Part shown: in pieces, positions 47,788 to 57,952 of the stretch | How positions within the stretch are numbered: the first letter of the stretch is position 1 | Layout of the letters: every line of letters starts with the position of its first letter | DNA from: an uncultured Fibrobacterota bacterium | Lineage (GTDB): Bacteria > Fibrobacterota > Chitinivibrionia > Chitinivibrionales > FEN-1185 | DNA length: 62,658 bases | Direction of reading: 5' to 3' | Assembly (NCBI GenBank): GCA_963729895.1 | Contig: CAVSQB010000024.1 | Span: forward strand, 1 to 62,658 | Notes under the pieces: model-generated | Database searches by the model: none | Told to the model about the DNA's origin: nothing | What the model saw: the letters and a program-made list of their open reading frames with translations, nothing else | Translations under genes and position numbers: made by a program

Positions 47788-48908
47788 GACACCCGCACAT
47801 ATTGCTGGCCCGCAACCTGACGAATCAGGCCCTTGAGCTCGAGGTTGAGCAGAATATCGAACAACTGCGACACGGCCCGGTCGGCTTTCTCTGCAATCGT
47901 GTCGAGCCGGAGCGGCTCCCCGCACAACACGTCCACCACCTGCTGCTCGGCGGGGGACAGGAGTTCCACCGGCATGGCGAATCCAGCGCTCCCGGGCGAA
48001 GCCTTTACGTCCGCGACCCCGGGCATGGTGAGGTGCTCCATGTTCTCAAGGATATCGGCGCCGCTCTTCACGGGGATCGCCCCGCTCCTCAGCAAATTGA
48101 AGGTTCCCGCGCTCGCATCCGAAAAGATCGAGCCGGGGACCGCGAACACGTCGCGCCCCTGTTGCAACGCGTAGTTGGCCGTGATGAGACTGCCGCTTTT
48201 CTTCGGCGCCTCAACCACGAGCACGCCTACCGACAGCCCGGAAATGATCCTGTTGCGCCGAGGGAAATGATACCCCTCGGGCTCGGTGCCCAGGTCAAAC
48301 TCCGAAACCAGCGCCCCGGTCTCGGCGATTCGCTCGGCCAGCTTCTTGTTCGCGGCGGGATATACCGTGTCGACGCCTCCGCCCAGCACCGCGATGGTGA
48401 CCCCGCCGTTGTCGAGGCATGTCTGGTGTGCAACCGTGTCGATGCCGTGGGCAAGCCCGCTTACGATTACGATCTTCTTTTCAACCAGTTGTTTTACGAT
48501 AAGGGCGGCGGCGCTCCGGCCGTACTGGGTCGGCTTGCGCGTTCCAACCACGCCGCACGCATGCTTGGTGAAGCTTTCGAGCTTACCCTTCACAAACAAG
48601 ACTGGCGGCGGCGCGTAAATTTCGCGCAAGAGCGGCGGATACGCGCCGTGGTCCCACGTCAGGACCGTGATGCCCTGGGCGGAGGCCTTATCGAGCTGCC
48701 TCTCCGCACTCTCCAAAAGAGACGGCGGATCTATGCTGTTGTTTGAAAAGGCGCCGGCCCACTGGACAAGGGCCGCGCGGCCCTCCGGCTCAAATAACGA
48801 CAGCGGCGAGCCGTAGTGCTGGATAAGGGCTTTGACGCGTACAGGGCCAAGGCCCTGTATCGAGTTAAGCGCCAGCAGCGCCGCGGTTGCGTTTCTTTGC
48901 GGGTCCAT
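47784..48908 (-). CDS. dprA: DNA-processing protein DprA
   Basis: YPPLLREI, VVGTR, VSGLAHGID, FPRRNRIISGL, SGSLITA, VFAVPG; C-terminal winged helix. Confidence 0.96.
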   Translation of the reverse strand: MDPQRNATAALLALNSIQGLGPVRVKALIQHYGSPLSLFEPEGRAALVQWAGAFSNNSIDPPSLLESAERQLDKASAQGITVLTWDHGAYPPLLREIYAPPPVLFVKGKLESFTKHACGVVGTRKPTQYGRSAAALIVKQLVEKKIVIVSGLAHGIDTVAHQTCLDNGGVTIAVLGGGVDTVYPAANKKLAERIAETGALVSEFDLGTEPEGYHFPRRNRIISGLSVGVLVVEAPKKSGSLITANYALQQGRDVFAVPGSIFSDASAGTFNLLRSGAIPVKSGADILENMEHLTMPGVADVKASPGSAGFAMPVELLSPAEQQVVDVLCGEPLRLDTIAEKADRAVSQLFDILLNLELKGLIRQVAGQQYVRVS

Positions 48909-49018
48909 TATGAGAAAATAATTCGTGGATAGGCGCCTCACAGCGCGGTTGCCCTTGCATCGTGGGCGTCCATCATTATATTATTAATGTTCCCCCTTTA
49001 CCGAAAGGACCCAACCTT

Positions 49019-49834
49019 GTGAAATGTTACGAAGTGAGAAAATGCTCCAAAGAAGAGCGCGAGGCATGTTACGTCTGGAACAGTTTCCGGGACAATCCCC
49101 AGGACATCGAGAACGTCAAGTGTTGGGTGCTCAAAGGCGCATATCAGGAGGAATCGGGCGAGCAGCTTAAGCGGTGCAAACGATGCGAGTATTTCATCAC
49201 CATGAACCGGGAAACCGGCATCGTTTCCGACTCCGATGCCGACGTGGCCGTGGTCACGTGCGAAGACACGATCAACACCGAACGCACCAAGGCGCTGGAA
49301 AAGGTGTGGGAAAACCTGCGGCAGCATAACCGGGTCAAGGTCATCCTTGACATCTCCCGGGTAAACAACATCTATTCCTGCGGGCTCGGCGCGATCATCA
49401 AGATCCACAAGGAAGCGGCCGCCGCAAAAGGCCTGCTCGTGGTCGTAGTTTCCGAGGGCTACGTTACCAACCTGTTCGGGGTAACCAAGCTTTCCCGGCT
49501 GCTTCGCGTTGTCAAAAACCACCGGGACGCGCACGACATCTTCGACTCCATGAAGAAACGCGATCTCGAGGCGCAGGAGAAAGCGGCGCGCGCCGCCGCC
49601 GAAGCCGCAAAACCGCCCAAGCCGAAGGAACGGCCGGCCTGCTGGATCTATTGGAAAAATCACAATCCCCAGAATGCCACAACCTGCGACGAATGCTTCA
49701 AGAAGATAAAGCCAACGGGCCAGCCCTGCTGGATCGTGGACGGCATGATCGAAGGAATCTCCTTCCAGTATGTGGACGAAGAATGCGAATCGTGCCGGTA
49801 CTTTGAGGAATTCTCGAGCGTCCAGGAGTTGTGA
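49019..49834 (+). CDS. STAS (anti-sigma antagonist) protein flanked by two Cys/Trp-rich (two-CW-like) domains
   Basis: VILDISRVNNIYSCGLG STAS core; CYEVRKC...CWVLKG...CKRCEYF and CWIYW...CDEC...CWIVDG...CESCRYF. Confidence 0.8.
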   Translation: MKCYEVRKCSKEEREACYVWNSFRDNPQDIENVKCWVLKGAYQEESGEQLKRCKRCEYFITMNRETGIVSDSDADVAVVTCEDTINTERTKALEKVWENLRQHNRVKVILDISRVNNIYSCGLGAIIKIHKEAAAAKGLLVVVVSEGYVTNLFGVTKLSRLLRVVKNHRDAHDIFDSMKKRDLEAQEKAARAAAEAAKPPKPKERPACWIYWKNHNPQNATTCDECFKKIKPTGQPCWIVDGMIEGISFQYVDEECESCRYFEEFSSVQEL

Positions 49835-49836
49835 CC

Positions 49837-50130
49837 ATGGCCCTTGCAGAATGTCCGGAATGCAAGGCCCAGGTGTCGGACACGGTCCGGCACTGCCCGC
49901 AGTGCGGATTCCGCCTCAAAAAATGCTGCGGCCATCACACCGGCCGGCCGATGTTTCTTCCCGTGGTTCTCGTTGGCATCGTTGTCATCCTGCTGCTGGC
50001 AATCTTTTTCACGGCAACTGTCAACGTCAACAGCAACAATGGCATGATCAATTTCCATTGGAACAAGCGTGGCATTTTTCCGAGACTGGGGTTCAGATGT
50101 TCGTGCGGGTGCAGGAAGACGGGCAAGTGA
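49837..50130 (+). CDS. Zinc-ribbon membrane protein
   Basis: MALAECPECKAQVSD...CPQCG followed by one TM helix. Confidence 0.8.
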   Translation: MALAECPECKAQVSDTVRHCPQCGFRLKKCCGHHTGRPMFLPVVLVGIVVILLLAIFFTATVNVNSNNGMINFHWNKRGIFPRLGFRCSCGCRKTGK

Positions 50131-50184
50131 CAGGCGCGAAGGCGCTCCCATGTTCGATAGTCAATACGCGACGATGATCGATGA

Positions 50185-52017
50185 TTATTCCTTATTCATT
50201 CCCTCCAGCGTCCCCAAAAACTGCTTGATTTCGCCCGCCAGTTTTTCCGGTATACCCTTTACTTCCGCAATTTCTTCCGCACTCGCCTCGCCCACCCGTT
50301 TGAGCGACCCGAAGTGACGCAGCAGTTCCACCACCCGTTTTTTGCCCATTCCCGGAATCGACTGCAGCGCGGACACGCTCATCCGGTGGCCGCGAAGCGT
50401 CCGGTGGTAGGTGACGGCAAAGCGGTGCACTTCGTCGCGGATGCGCTCGAGGAATTTCCGCACGGGGTGCGTCGAGGGCAGGCGAACCGGTCCCTTGCAA
50501 TAGGGAGAATACACAAGCTCTTCTTTTTTGGCAAGCGATAGCACCATGGGCGCATGCTCGAATGTGCTCAACGCCTCCATCGCGGCGTGCAATTGGCCAA
50601 GCCCGCCGTCTATGAGATAGAGGTCGGCAAACCGTTGCCCCTCGGCCGCCTGGCGGGAAAGCCTGCGCGTCACAACCTCCATCATCATGGCAAAATCGTT
50701 CTGGCCGACCACGGTTCTTATCTTATAACGCCGGTATCCCGACTTGTCGGCCGCGCCATCGGAAAACCGCACCATGCCGGCGACCGCGTTTGTCTCTCCC
50801 AGGTTCGAAATGTCGAACGCCTCAATGACATGCGGAAACTTCGGCAGGCATAAGAGCGACTGCAGGTCGCTCAGGTCTTCCATCGCGCTGGGCGGCAGTT
50901 TCTGGAGGAGGTACAGGCGCGCATTTTTTACCGCCAGGGCCGCCAGTTCGCGCTTTGCGCCCTTTTGCGGCACGGTCACGCGCACGGTAGCGCCGAACTG
51001 CGATTCGAATGCAGCCTGGACAAGTGCGGCATCGACCCCCGCCTCTTCACTCACGATAACGTCCTGCGACGGTTGTTCTCCGGAGTCGAGATAGAACTGC
51101 ATGATCAGCGTTTCCACGCCCCCTCCGGACGTCTCCCAGGCCGCCTTATCAAAGGCAAAAGTCCGGGCCGACAGAAGCAGGCCCTCTCGTACCCGGAGCA
51201 CGGCCAGGCACATGGATCTGTCGCCTTTATAAATGCCGAACACGTCGCAGTCGGTGTCCGGCGATGCAAGGTCCACCTGCTGGAACCGGGACGCATCGTT
51301 GATGAGACGCAGCTGATCGCGGACAAGCGCCGCCTGCTCAAAATGCTCCCTGGCAGAATCGTCCGCCATCCGGGCCTCCAGGTCCCGCACGATGTCCTTG
51401 CGGCGTCCTGCGAGGAACCGGATGAGCATGTCGACATTGGACCGGTAGTCTTCCTGCGATATCCTGGCCGCGCACGCGCCGCTGCATCTGCCGATGCCGA
51501 AATTGACGCACGGCCGAACAGGTTTGGCGCGAGGAAGGTCCCTGTTGCAATCGCGAATCTTGAATATCCGCTTTGCAAAGTGAACGAGCTGGCGCATGGC
51601 CCGAACATCGGTGTAGGGCCCGAAATAGCGGGCGCCGTCGGCGGTCACCCTTCGAACCACGAGCAGCCGGGGAAACGGCTCGTTCACCGTGATTTTAAGA
51701 TAGGGGTAGTGCGAATCGTCCTTGAGATCGATATTGAACTTTGGCTTGTGCGTGCGGATGAGGTTGGCTTCCAGGATGAGCGCCTCGCTCTCCGTGTGCG
51801 TGGCGATCCACTCCACATGGCGGAGCCGCTCGAGCATGAACGGAATGTGCGGCCGGTCTTCGTGCGTGTCAAGAAAATACGATTTTACACGGCTTTTGAG
51901 GTTTACGGCCTTGCCGATGTACAGCGGTTCGCCCGACGCATCTTTCATGATGTACACGCCCGGGCTTGTTGGGAACCGTTCGAGGGAATCCAGAAGGTCG
52001 TCCGGTGCGTCTTTCAT
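50185..52017 (-). CDS. uvrC: Excinuclease ABC subunit C
   Basis: PGVYIM..YIGKAVNL GIY-YIG, IEAFDISN, IDGGLGQL, RDEVHRFA, HhH. Confidence 0.98.
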   Translation of the reverse strand: MKDAPDDLLDSLERFPTSPGVYIMKDASGEPLYIGKAVNLKSRVKSYFLDTHEDRPHIPFMLERLRHVEWIATHTESEALILEANLIRTHKPKFNIDLKDDSHYPYLKITVNEPFPRLLVVRRVTADGARYFGPYTDVRAMRQLVHFAKRIFKIRDCNRDLPRAKPVRPCVNFGIGRCSGACAARISQEDYRSNVDMLIRFLAGRRKDIVRDLEARMADDSAREHFEQAALVRDQLRLINDASRFQQVDLASPDTDCDVFGIYKGDRSMCLAVLRVREGLLLSARTFAFDKAAWETSGGGVETLIMQFYLDSGEQPSQDVIVSEEAGVDAALVQAAFESQFGATVRVTVPQKGAKRELAALAVKNARLYLLQKLPPSAMEDLSDLQSLLCLPKFPHVIEAFDISNLGETNAVAGMVRFSDGAADKSGYRRYKIRTVVGQNDFAMMMEVVTRRLSRQAAEGQRFADLYLIDGGLGQLHAAMEALSTFEHAPMVLSLAKKEELVYSPYCKGPVRLPSTHPVRKFLERIRDEVHRFAVTYHRTLRGHRMSVSALQSIPGMGKKRVVELLRHFGSLKRVGEASAEEIAEVKGIPEKLAGEIKQFLGTLEGMNKE

Positions 52018-52035
52018 AGGAAATGGACAAAGGGG

Positions 52036-54267
52036 TTAAAACATCAACCTTTTTTTCGGCGGGACTTTTTCATCCTGATTCTCTTTGGGCCCGAACATGT
52101 TTGTGATGTTGGCGCTCTTGGTCTTGCCCGGACCATGCATGTCGCACTGGTCGGGCAGTTTCCCTTCGATAAAGTATTCGTCGTACGGCTGGGGGCAATA
52201 CGCAGTTGCAATCTTGTGGGACACGGGACACACCTTTTCGCTCACGACACTGTCGGGTTTCTCGAAGTTCTCCACCGGCACGTTCCGATGCAGGGCGATC
52301 ATCGCCTTGACATACAGGGGGACCGCGCCGAGCGCGCCGGTGACGCCGTACCCAAGCGACAGACGCTCGTCCATGCCCACCCACACGCAGCAGGCGATCT
52401 GGGGCGAGAAGCCCACGAACCACGCGTCGGAAAAGTCATTCGACGTGCCCGTCTTGCCGCCCGACGGCCGGGCAAAACCGAGGCCGGGGATGGCGGCGCC
52501 CGTGCCCCTGCGCACCACGCTTTGCAGCAGGTCGCACATTATGAATGATGTCTGCGGCGACAGAACCGGCTTCGACACCGGTTCGTGCTCCTCGAGGACG
52601 TTTCCGTTTTTGTCAACTATTCGCTCCACAAAATAGGGCTCGGCGCGCATTCCTTTGTTCGGAAAAATGGCGTAAGCGCTCAACAGTTCCATGGGCACCA
52701 CTTCGCATGCGCCTATGGCCAGAGACGGCACCGGGTCCATGTGCTGGCGCAGTCCCATCCGTCGCGCGTAACTTACCACGGTATCGCCGCCGACCTGCAA
52801 AAATACCTGGATCGCGGCAAGATTGAGCGAATGTTCAAGCGCGTGGCGCACCGTCACCGGCCCCTCGAACTTGCCCTCAAAATTTTCGGGCCGCCACTCG
52901 CCCTGCGGCGTTTCGAGGGTTATGGGCTGGTCGAGGATCACGCTCGCCGGCGTAAACCCGTGATCAATGGCGGCCGTGTACAGAATGGGCTTGAACGCCG
53001 ATCCCGGCTGGCGCACCGACTGTACCGCCCGGTTGAATTTACTTTCGAGAAAGTTCCTGCCGCCCACAAGCGTGAGAATCGCGCCGGTCTTCACATCGAT
53101 GGCTGCCACAGCGGTCTGCACGATCCTCAGGCGCAGCGAATCCGGAAAGGCCTCGCACTCGGCGCGGTGCGCCGCATATACGGAGTCAAAATGCGTAAGA
53201 AAAAAGTCGCGCGGGACCTTGAGCTTGTGCCAGATACGAGTTCTGTCGAGATAGTAACCGTTCATCTTTGCCTGGAGCCCGGCAAGATGAGCCACCGTCG
53301 CTTTGTCGGTTGAATCCTGGGCTCCCGGGTCGAGCGTGGTGTAAATGGTAAGACCGCCGTTATACAGAACGTCGTCCCCGTATTTCTGTTCGCAGTATTG
53401 CCGCACCATTTCCACAAAGTAGGGCGCCCGCTTGGAAACATCGGTTTGCGGTTTGGAGGGGACGTCTTGCTGGGCCACGGCGTTTGCTGCGTCTTTGTCA
53501 AGGAAATGCATTGACACCATGGCGCGCAGCACCGCACCCCTGCGCGCGAAGGTGCGCTTGAGGTTTGCCTTGCGGTCGGGCCGGTATCGCTCCGGCAGCT
53601 GGATAATGCCAGCGAGGACCGCGCATTCGTTAAGGGTCAGCTGGGAGACGTGCTTGCTGAAATAGCACTGGCTGGCCGCTTCAACGCCGTAGACACCGGC
53701 CCCGAGATACACCTGGTTGAGGTACAGCTCGAGGATTTCGTTCTTGGTGTAATACTGTTCTATCTGCACCGCCGTCATGGCCTCGCGGATTTTTCTGATC
53801 ATGGAGGTCTTTGACGACAAGTACACGTTTCGGGCAAGCTGCTGGGTGAGCGTGGATGCGCCTTGCGCGTAATGCCGCCTGCCGACGTTCACGAACACCG
53901 CGCCGACAATTCTCTTTAAGTCAACACCCCAGTGGTCGAAGAATTTCCGGTCTTCTATGGCAATAACAGCGCTCACGAGGCTCTGGGGAATGTCCTTGAG
54001 CGAGACCCACGAGCGTTTCTCGATGGAGAATTCGTGAATGAGGGACCCGTCCTTGCCCATTACCTTTGAGGAGAGCGGCGGCTCGATGTTCTCAAGTTGG
54101 TCGAGGGTGGGAAGTGTCTGATACATCCGGTACAGGAACCACACCGCGGACGTTCCCGCGCACGCGCACACAAAGAGCACGGCAAGGAAAATGACCAGAA
54201 TTCTCCTGCCGGCAGTCGGGGCGGAGGGCGGGGCGGAACCGAAGGGTACGCTTGGCGGCTGATTCAT
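52036..54267 (-). CDS. mrcA: Class A penicillin-binding protein 1A
   Basis: EDRKFFDHWG, GASTLTQQ (transglycosylase); SAFK, SLN, KTGT (transpeptidase). Confidence 0.93.
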   Translation of the reverse strand: MNQPPSVPFGSAPPSAPTAGRRILVIFLAVLFVCACAGTSAVWFLYRMYQTLPTLDQLENIEPPLSSKVMGKDGSLIHEFSIEKRSWVSLKDIPQSLVSAVIAIEDRKFFDHWGVDLKRIVGAVFVNVGRRHYAQGASTLTQQLARNVYLSSKTSMIRKIREAMTAVQIEQYYTKNEILELYLNQVYLGAGVYGVEAASQCYFSKHVSQLTLNECAVLAGIIQLPERYRPDRKANLKRTFARRGAVLRAMVSMHFLDKDAANAVAQQDVPSKPQTDVSKRAPYFVEMVRQYCEQKYGDDVLYNGGLTIYTTLDPGAQDSTDKATVAHLAGLQAKMNGYYLDRTRIWHKLKVPRDFFLTHFDSVYAAHRAECEAFPDSLRLRIVQTAVAAIDVKTGAILTLVGGRNFLESKFNRAVQSVRQPGSAFKPILYTAAIDHGFTPASVILDQPITLETPQGEWRPENFEGKFEGPVTVRHALEHSLNLAAIQVFLQVGGDTVVSYARRMGLRQHMDPVPSLAIGACEVVPMELLSAYAIFPNKGMRAEPYFVERIVDKNGNVLEEHEPVSKPVLSPQTSFIMCDLLQSVVRRGTGAAIPGLGFARPSGGKTGTSNDFSDAWFVGFSPQIACCVWVGMDERLSLGYGVTGALGAVPLYVKAMIALHRNVPVENFEKPDSVVSEKVCPVSHKIATAYCPQPYDEYFIEGKLPDQCDMHGPGKTKSANITNMFGPKENQDEKVPPKKRLMF

Positions 54268-54520
54268 GAAAGAAATGCCCGTTGCTTTATTGTAAACGGA
54301 CGCGCGTTCGCTGTATTATTTTACTGCTGTGCCGCGGCCCGCGCCGGCGCGGCGCATCGTCGACGCTAGTAAAAATACATGGCATCCCCGCCGGGTGGCG
54401 TAAACTTCTTGGGTAGCGCGAGGCAATGCCGTACTTTACAAACAGATATACTCGGTACGCTGCCGGCCGGGTCGGACTTCTGGTCCGGCTCCCCGGTAAC
54501 GCGGCCCCAGAAAGGAACCC

Positions 54521-55558
54521 ATGACCAAGCGCGCCTTTATCACCGGCGTTACCGGCCAGGACGGATCGTATCTTGCGGAGCTCCTCCTCCAAAGAGGATA
54601 CGAAGTCCACGGCATGATTCGGAGGGCCAGCTATTTCAACAGGAAGCGGATCGACCATCTGTTCCGGGACTCGCACAACAAGGACGTCAACTTCTTCCTC
54701 CACTACGGCGACATGTCCGATTCGAGCAACATGAACCGGCTCCTTGAAAAGATAAAGCCCCACGAGATTTACAACCTTGCGGCGCAATCGCATGTGGCGG
54801 TATCATTCGAAGTTCCCGAGTACACGGCCGACGTTGACGCCACAGGAACCCTCCGCATCCTCGACGCAATCAAGGAGACGGGCATTCAAACCCGGTTCTA
54901 TCAGGCGTCCACTTCGGAGTTGTTCGGCAAAGCGGTTGAGGTTCCCCAGAGCGAGACAACGCCGTTTCATCCGCGATCGCCGTACGCCGTGGCAAAACTG
55001 TATGCCTACTGGATCGTGGTGAACTACCGGGAGGCGTTCGGCATCCACGCCAGCAACGGCATCTTGTTCAACCATGAGTCGCCGCGCCGGGGCGAGAATT
55101 TTTCCACCCGCAAGATCACGATGGCCGCCGCCGCCATCAGGGCCGGAAAGAAGCAGTGTCTTTACATAGGAAACCTCAACGCAAAGCGAGACTGGGGCTT
55201 CGCGCCGGACTACGTTCTTGCCATGTGGCTCATGCTCCAGCAGGATAGTCCCGACGATTACGTCATCGCAACCGGCGAGACCCATTCGGTGCGCGAGTTT
55301 GCCGAAAAGTCGTTCGACGCCATGGGCATGACCATCCGGTGGTCGGGCGAAGGGGACCGCGAAATCGGGACCGACACCAAGAGCGGTAAGGTCGTTATTC
55401 GCGTGGACCCGAAATACTTCCGGCCTACCGAGGTCGATCTCTTGCTCGGCAACCCGGAAAAGGCCAAACGGAAGCTCGGCTGGAAACCGTCTATCTCATT
55501 TGACAACCTTGTTGAACTGATGGTGAAATCGGATTGGGACGCGACGCAAGGGGCCTGA
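54521..55558 (+). CDS. gmd: GDP-mannose 4,6-dehydratase
   Basis: [42 protein letters not shown]. Confidence 0.98.
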   Translation: MTKRAFITGVTGQDGSYLAELLLQRGYEVHGMIRRASYFNRKRIDHLFRDSHNKDVNFFLHYGDMSDSSNMNRLLEKIKPHEIYNLAAQSHVAVSFEVPEYTADVDATGTLRILDAIKETGIQTRFYQASTSELFGKAVEVPQSETTPFHPRSPYAVAKLYAYWIVVNYREAFGIHASNGILFNHESPRRGENFSTRKITMAAAAIRAGKKQCLYIGNLNAKRDWGFAPDYVLAMWLMLQQDSPDDYVIATGETHSVREFAEKSFDAMGMTIRWSGEGDREIGTDTKSGKVVIRVDPKYFRPTEVDLLLGNPEKAKRKLGWKPSISFDNLVELMVKSDWDATQGA

Positions 55559-55585
55559 CAGGTTGTTGAGGATCTCGGTTTTGTG

Positions 55586-55691
55586 CCGTTCATGGTTCGA
55601 CAAGCCTGTGTTGAGCCGGCCGAAGTGCTCACCACGAATGGCGATTCCGTGCGGATTTCGGTACTTTTCCGTTCGCCCTGAGCTTGTCGGA
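55586..55691. repeat. REP-like palindromic units, one nested inside another
   Basis: CCGTTCATGGTTCGACAAG[CCTGTGTTGAGCCGGCCGAAGT]GCTCACCACGAATGG plus inverted CCGTTCGCCCTGAGCTTGTCG. Confidence 0.65.
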
Positions 55692-55945
55692 TGCAACAAC
55701 GCCCGCACACGGATGCCGGAAGCAGCGGCGTATTCGCCGACGATGAACGGTGCAGCCGGTTGCGATACAAATCCATCGGTGCGGTTAAACCCTTGGACCC
55801 CCTCCCCGCGCAAATGAAAAAGTTGAACCCCTTTGTCATTTGGATGGGGCGTTCGAGCAGACCATCCAACCTCTTTTGTCTGTACCGGACCTTGCATTCT
55901 CGGCGCAAATTTGCAAGATGACGATCAATATTAACGAGAAATCGG

Positions 55946-55974
55946 TTGAATTATCGCAGTTTTTTCGCTATTAT
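55946..55974 (+). promoter_or_regulatory. Putative sigma70 promoter of the kinase operon
   Basis: TTGAAT-N17-TATTAT. Confidence 0.55.
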
Positions 55975-56080
55975 GTAGAGAGGCATGTTTGTGCCGATTC
56001 TGCAGGTTAAGGGGCTTTGTAAGCAACAGCTTGCCGGCTTCTTCGATGCGGTCCCATGTGTATGCTGTCAAGGAAGCTCA

Positions 56081-57949
56081 ATGGAAGTCGATAAGAGCCG
56101 GGAAGACCCGGTCCCAGGCAGTAAAAACGACGGCTCGTTTTCTTTCAAGCGAGTCCCTCATGTGATGATTTTACCCGACGGATCAAAGCCGGTCGATCTG
56201 GGTTCGGGAACTATTACGTCGCTTCTCGGCGTGGGCGGAATGTCAAACGTCTACGAGATTTGGAACAACCATCTTGAGATGAAGCGCGCAGTGAAGCTGC
56301 TTCATCCCAATTACTCGCTGGATTCCAAGCAACGCTTTGAAACCGAAATCAAAATTACCGCCAAGCTTGATCATCCCAATATCGTGGAAATCCACGCGGT
56401 GGGTGAATGGAACGGCCTTCCCTACATCGAAATGGAAAAGATCGAGGGCGTTACCCTGGAGAAGCTGGTGTCGGACCGAGGCGGGCTGCCGTTTGAGGTG
56501 TGCACCGCCATCGGCATCATGGTGTGCCGCGCCCTGCGGTATGCGCATAGCCACGAATATGCGCTGTACGGCGAAACATACCATGGCATCATCCACCGTG
56601 ACCTGAAGCCCAACAACATCATGGTGAAAAACGACGGCGTGGTGAAACTCATGGATTTCGGCATTGCCCGGCCCATCGACGCATCGATTCACACCACCGA
56701 CAGCTCCTCGGTCCTCGGCACGATGCAATACCTTTCCCCGGAGATGCTCGAAGGAAAAAATGCGGACATCAGAACCGATATCTATTCGCTCGGCGCCATT
56801 CTGTACGAGCTCGTAACCGGGACAAAAGCTTTTGCGGAAAGTAATATTTCCAAGTTGATGCTTTCCAAAATCAAGAATGAATTCAAGCCTCTCGACTCAT
56901 TCAAGATAAAAATTCCCCCCCGGCTCAGGCGGCTCATTCAGAAATGTTTGAACCGGGAGCGCGAGAAGCGGCCCCAGGATGCCGCCGCCCTGCTTGCCGA
57001 ACTCACCAGGATCCACAGAAACCTTACCCCGCTTTTACCCGAAGCCGTCATGCAGGTCTTTGCGGGATCGGAAACCAGCGGCAAGACGGTGGTCGGCCTC
57101 AGGCGCCGCTTTCCGGCACGGTCGCTGGCCGCGGCCCTTGTCGCAGCCGCCTGCATCGCGGCGGCGGTGGGTGTGGTCCAATTTGTCAATAATCGGAAGA
57201 CCGCCCCGGCCGGCCGCGGGCCATCCTCCGCCGCGTCGGTGCAGCAGGCGGTGTCCCGTCCGGTTGCCGCCGTCCCAAAAGAACCCAGCGCCCGCCTCGT
57301 GCGCGACAAGCTTTCGTCCGCACCAAAACCGGCCGGGCGGCTTCCGATTACCGTTGAAAAGCCGGTGGGAAAAAAGGCGCCGCAAGCCGCCGAGGTATCG
57401 CTTATCGACGAACTCAAAAATCAATACGGTACGGCGGACCTGCTTGACATTTTTGTCAAGGAAATCAAGTTCGGCAGATACCAGGAAGCGCTCACCGTGT
57501 TTAACGCCCTGCCGGCGCAACAGCAGCAATCGAAAACCTCGGTCTTGTACCACATCCGCCTGCTTGACGGCCTCGGCGACAACGACGGCCTCGAAAGGCT
57601 TCTCCAATCGCAATCGATTGACGACGGAGAATTCTATCTCGCCGAGGCAAAGTACTTTTTCCGATCCAAGAACCTTGAGAAATGCCTGTACTTTCTTGAT
57701 GCAAGTTCAAAATCGCGCTGCGAGGTGATGAACCCGGTCGCCATCAGGCAGGACGTCCTGTACTACAGGGCGCTTTGCTATTCGCAGGAATTCGACGGGC
57801 ACCCCGGCCAGGCAACCATGAAGAACGCCCTCGATGCGTGGTTTGAAGTCAAGCTGTTCTTTCGTTCGTCGCCTGAGCACAACTATTATCAAAAGGCCGT
57901 ATCAGAAATGCAAAGGATCGGCGACAAGGCAAAGGATGTCAAGGGATAA
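56081..57949 (+). CDS. Hanks-type Ser/Thr protein kinase with TM helix and TPR-like external domain
   Basis: LGVGGMSNVY, AVKLL, IHRDLKPNN, MDFGIA, GTMQYLSPE, DIYSLG; TM LAAALVAAACIAAAVGVV. An alternative start at 55985 is possible. Confidence 0.95.
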   Translation: MEVDKSREDPVPGSKNDGSFSFKRVPHVMILPDGSKPVDLGSGTITSLLGVGGMSNVYEIWNNHLEMKRAVKLLHPNYSLDSKQRFETEIKITAKLDHPNIVEIHAVGEWNGLPYIEMEKIEGVTLEKLVSDRGGLPFEVCTAIGIMVCRALRYAHSHEYALYGETYHGIIHRDLKPNNIMVKNDGVVKLMDFGIARPIDASIHTTDSSSVLGTMQYLSPEMLEGKNADIRTDIYSLGAILYELVTGTKAFAESNISKLMLSKIKNEFKPLDSFKIKIPPRLRRLIQKCLNREREKRPQDAAALLAELTRIHRNLTPLLPEAVMQVFAGSETSGKTVVGLRRRFPARSLAAALVAAACIAAAVGVVQFVNNRKTAPAGRGPSSAASVQQAVSRPVAAVPKEPSARLVRDKLSSAPKPAGRLPITVEKPVGKKAPQAAEVSLIDELKNQYGTADLLDIFVKEIKFGRYQEALTVFNALPAQQQQSKTSVLYHIRLLDGLGDNDGLERLLQSQSIDDGEFYLAEAKYFFRSKNLEKCLYFLDASSKSRCEVMNPVAIRQDVLYYRALCYSQEFDGHPGQATMKNALDAWFEVKLFFRSSPEHNYYQKAVSEMQRIGDKAKDVKG

Positions 57950-57952
57950 CCC

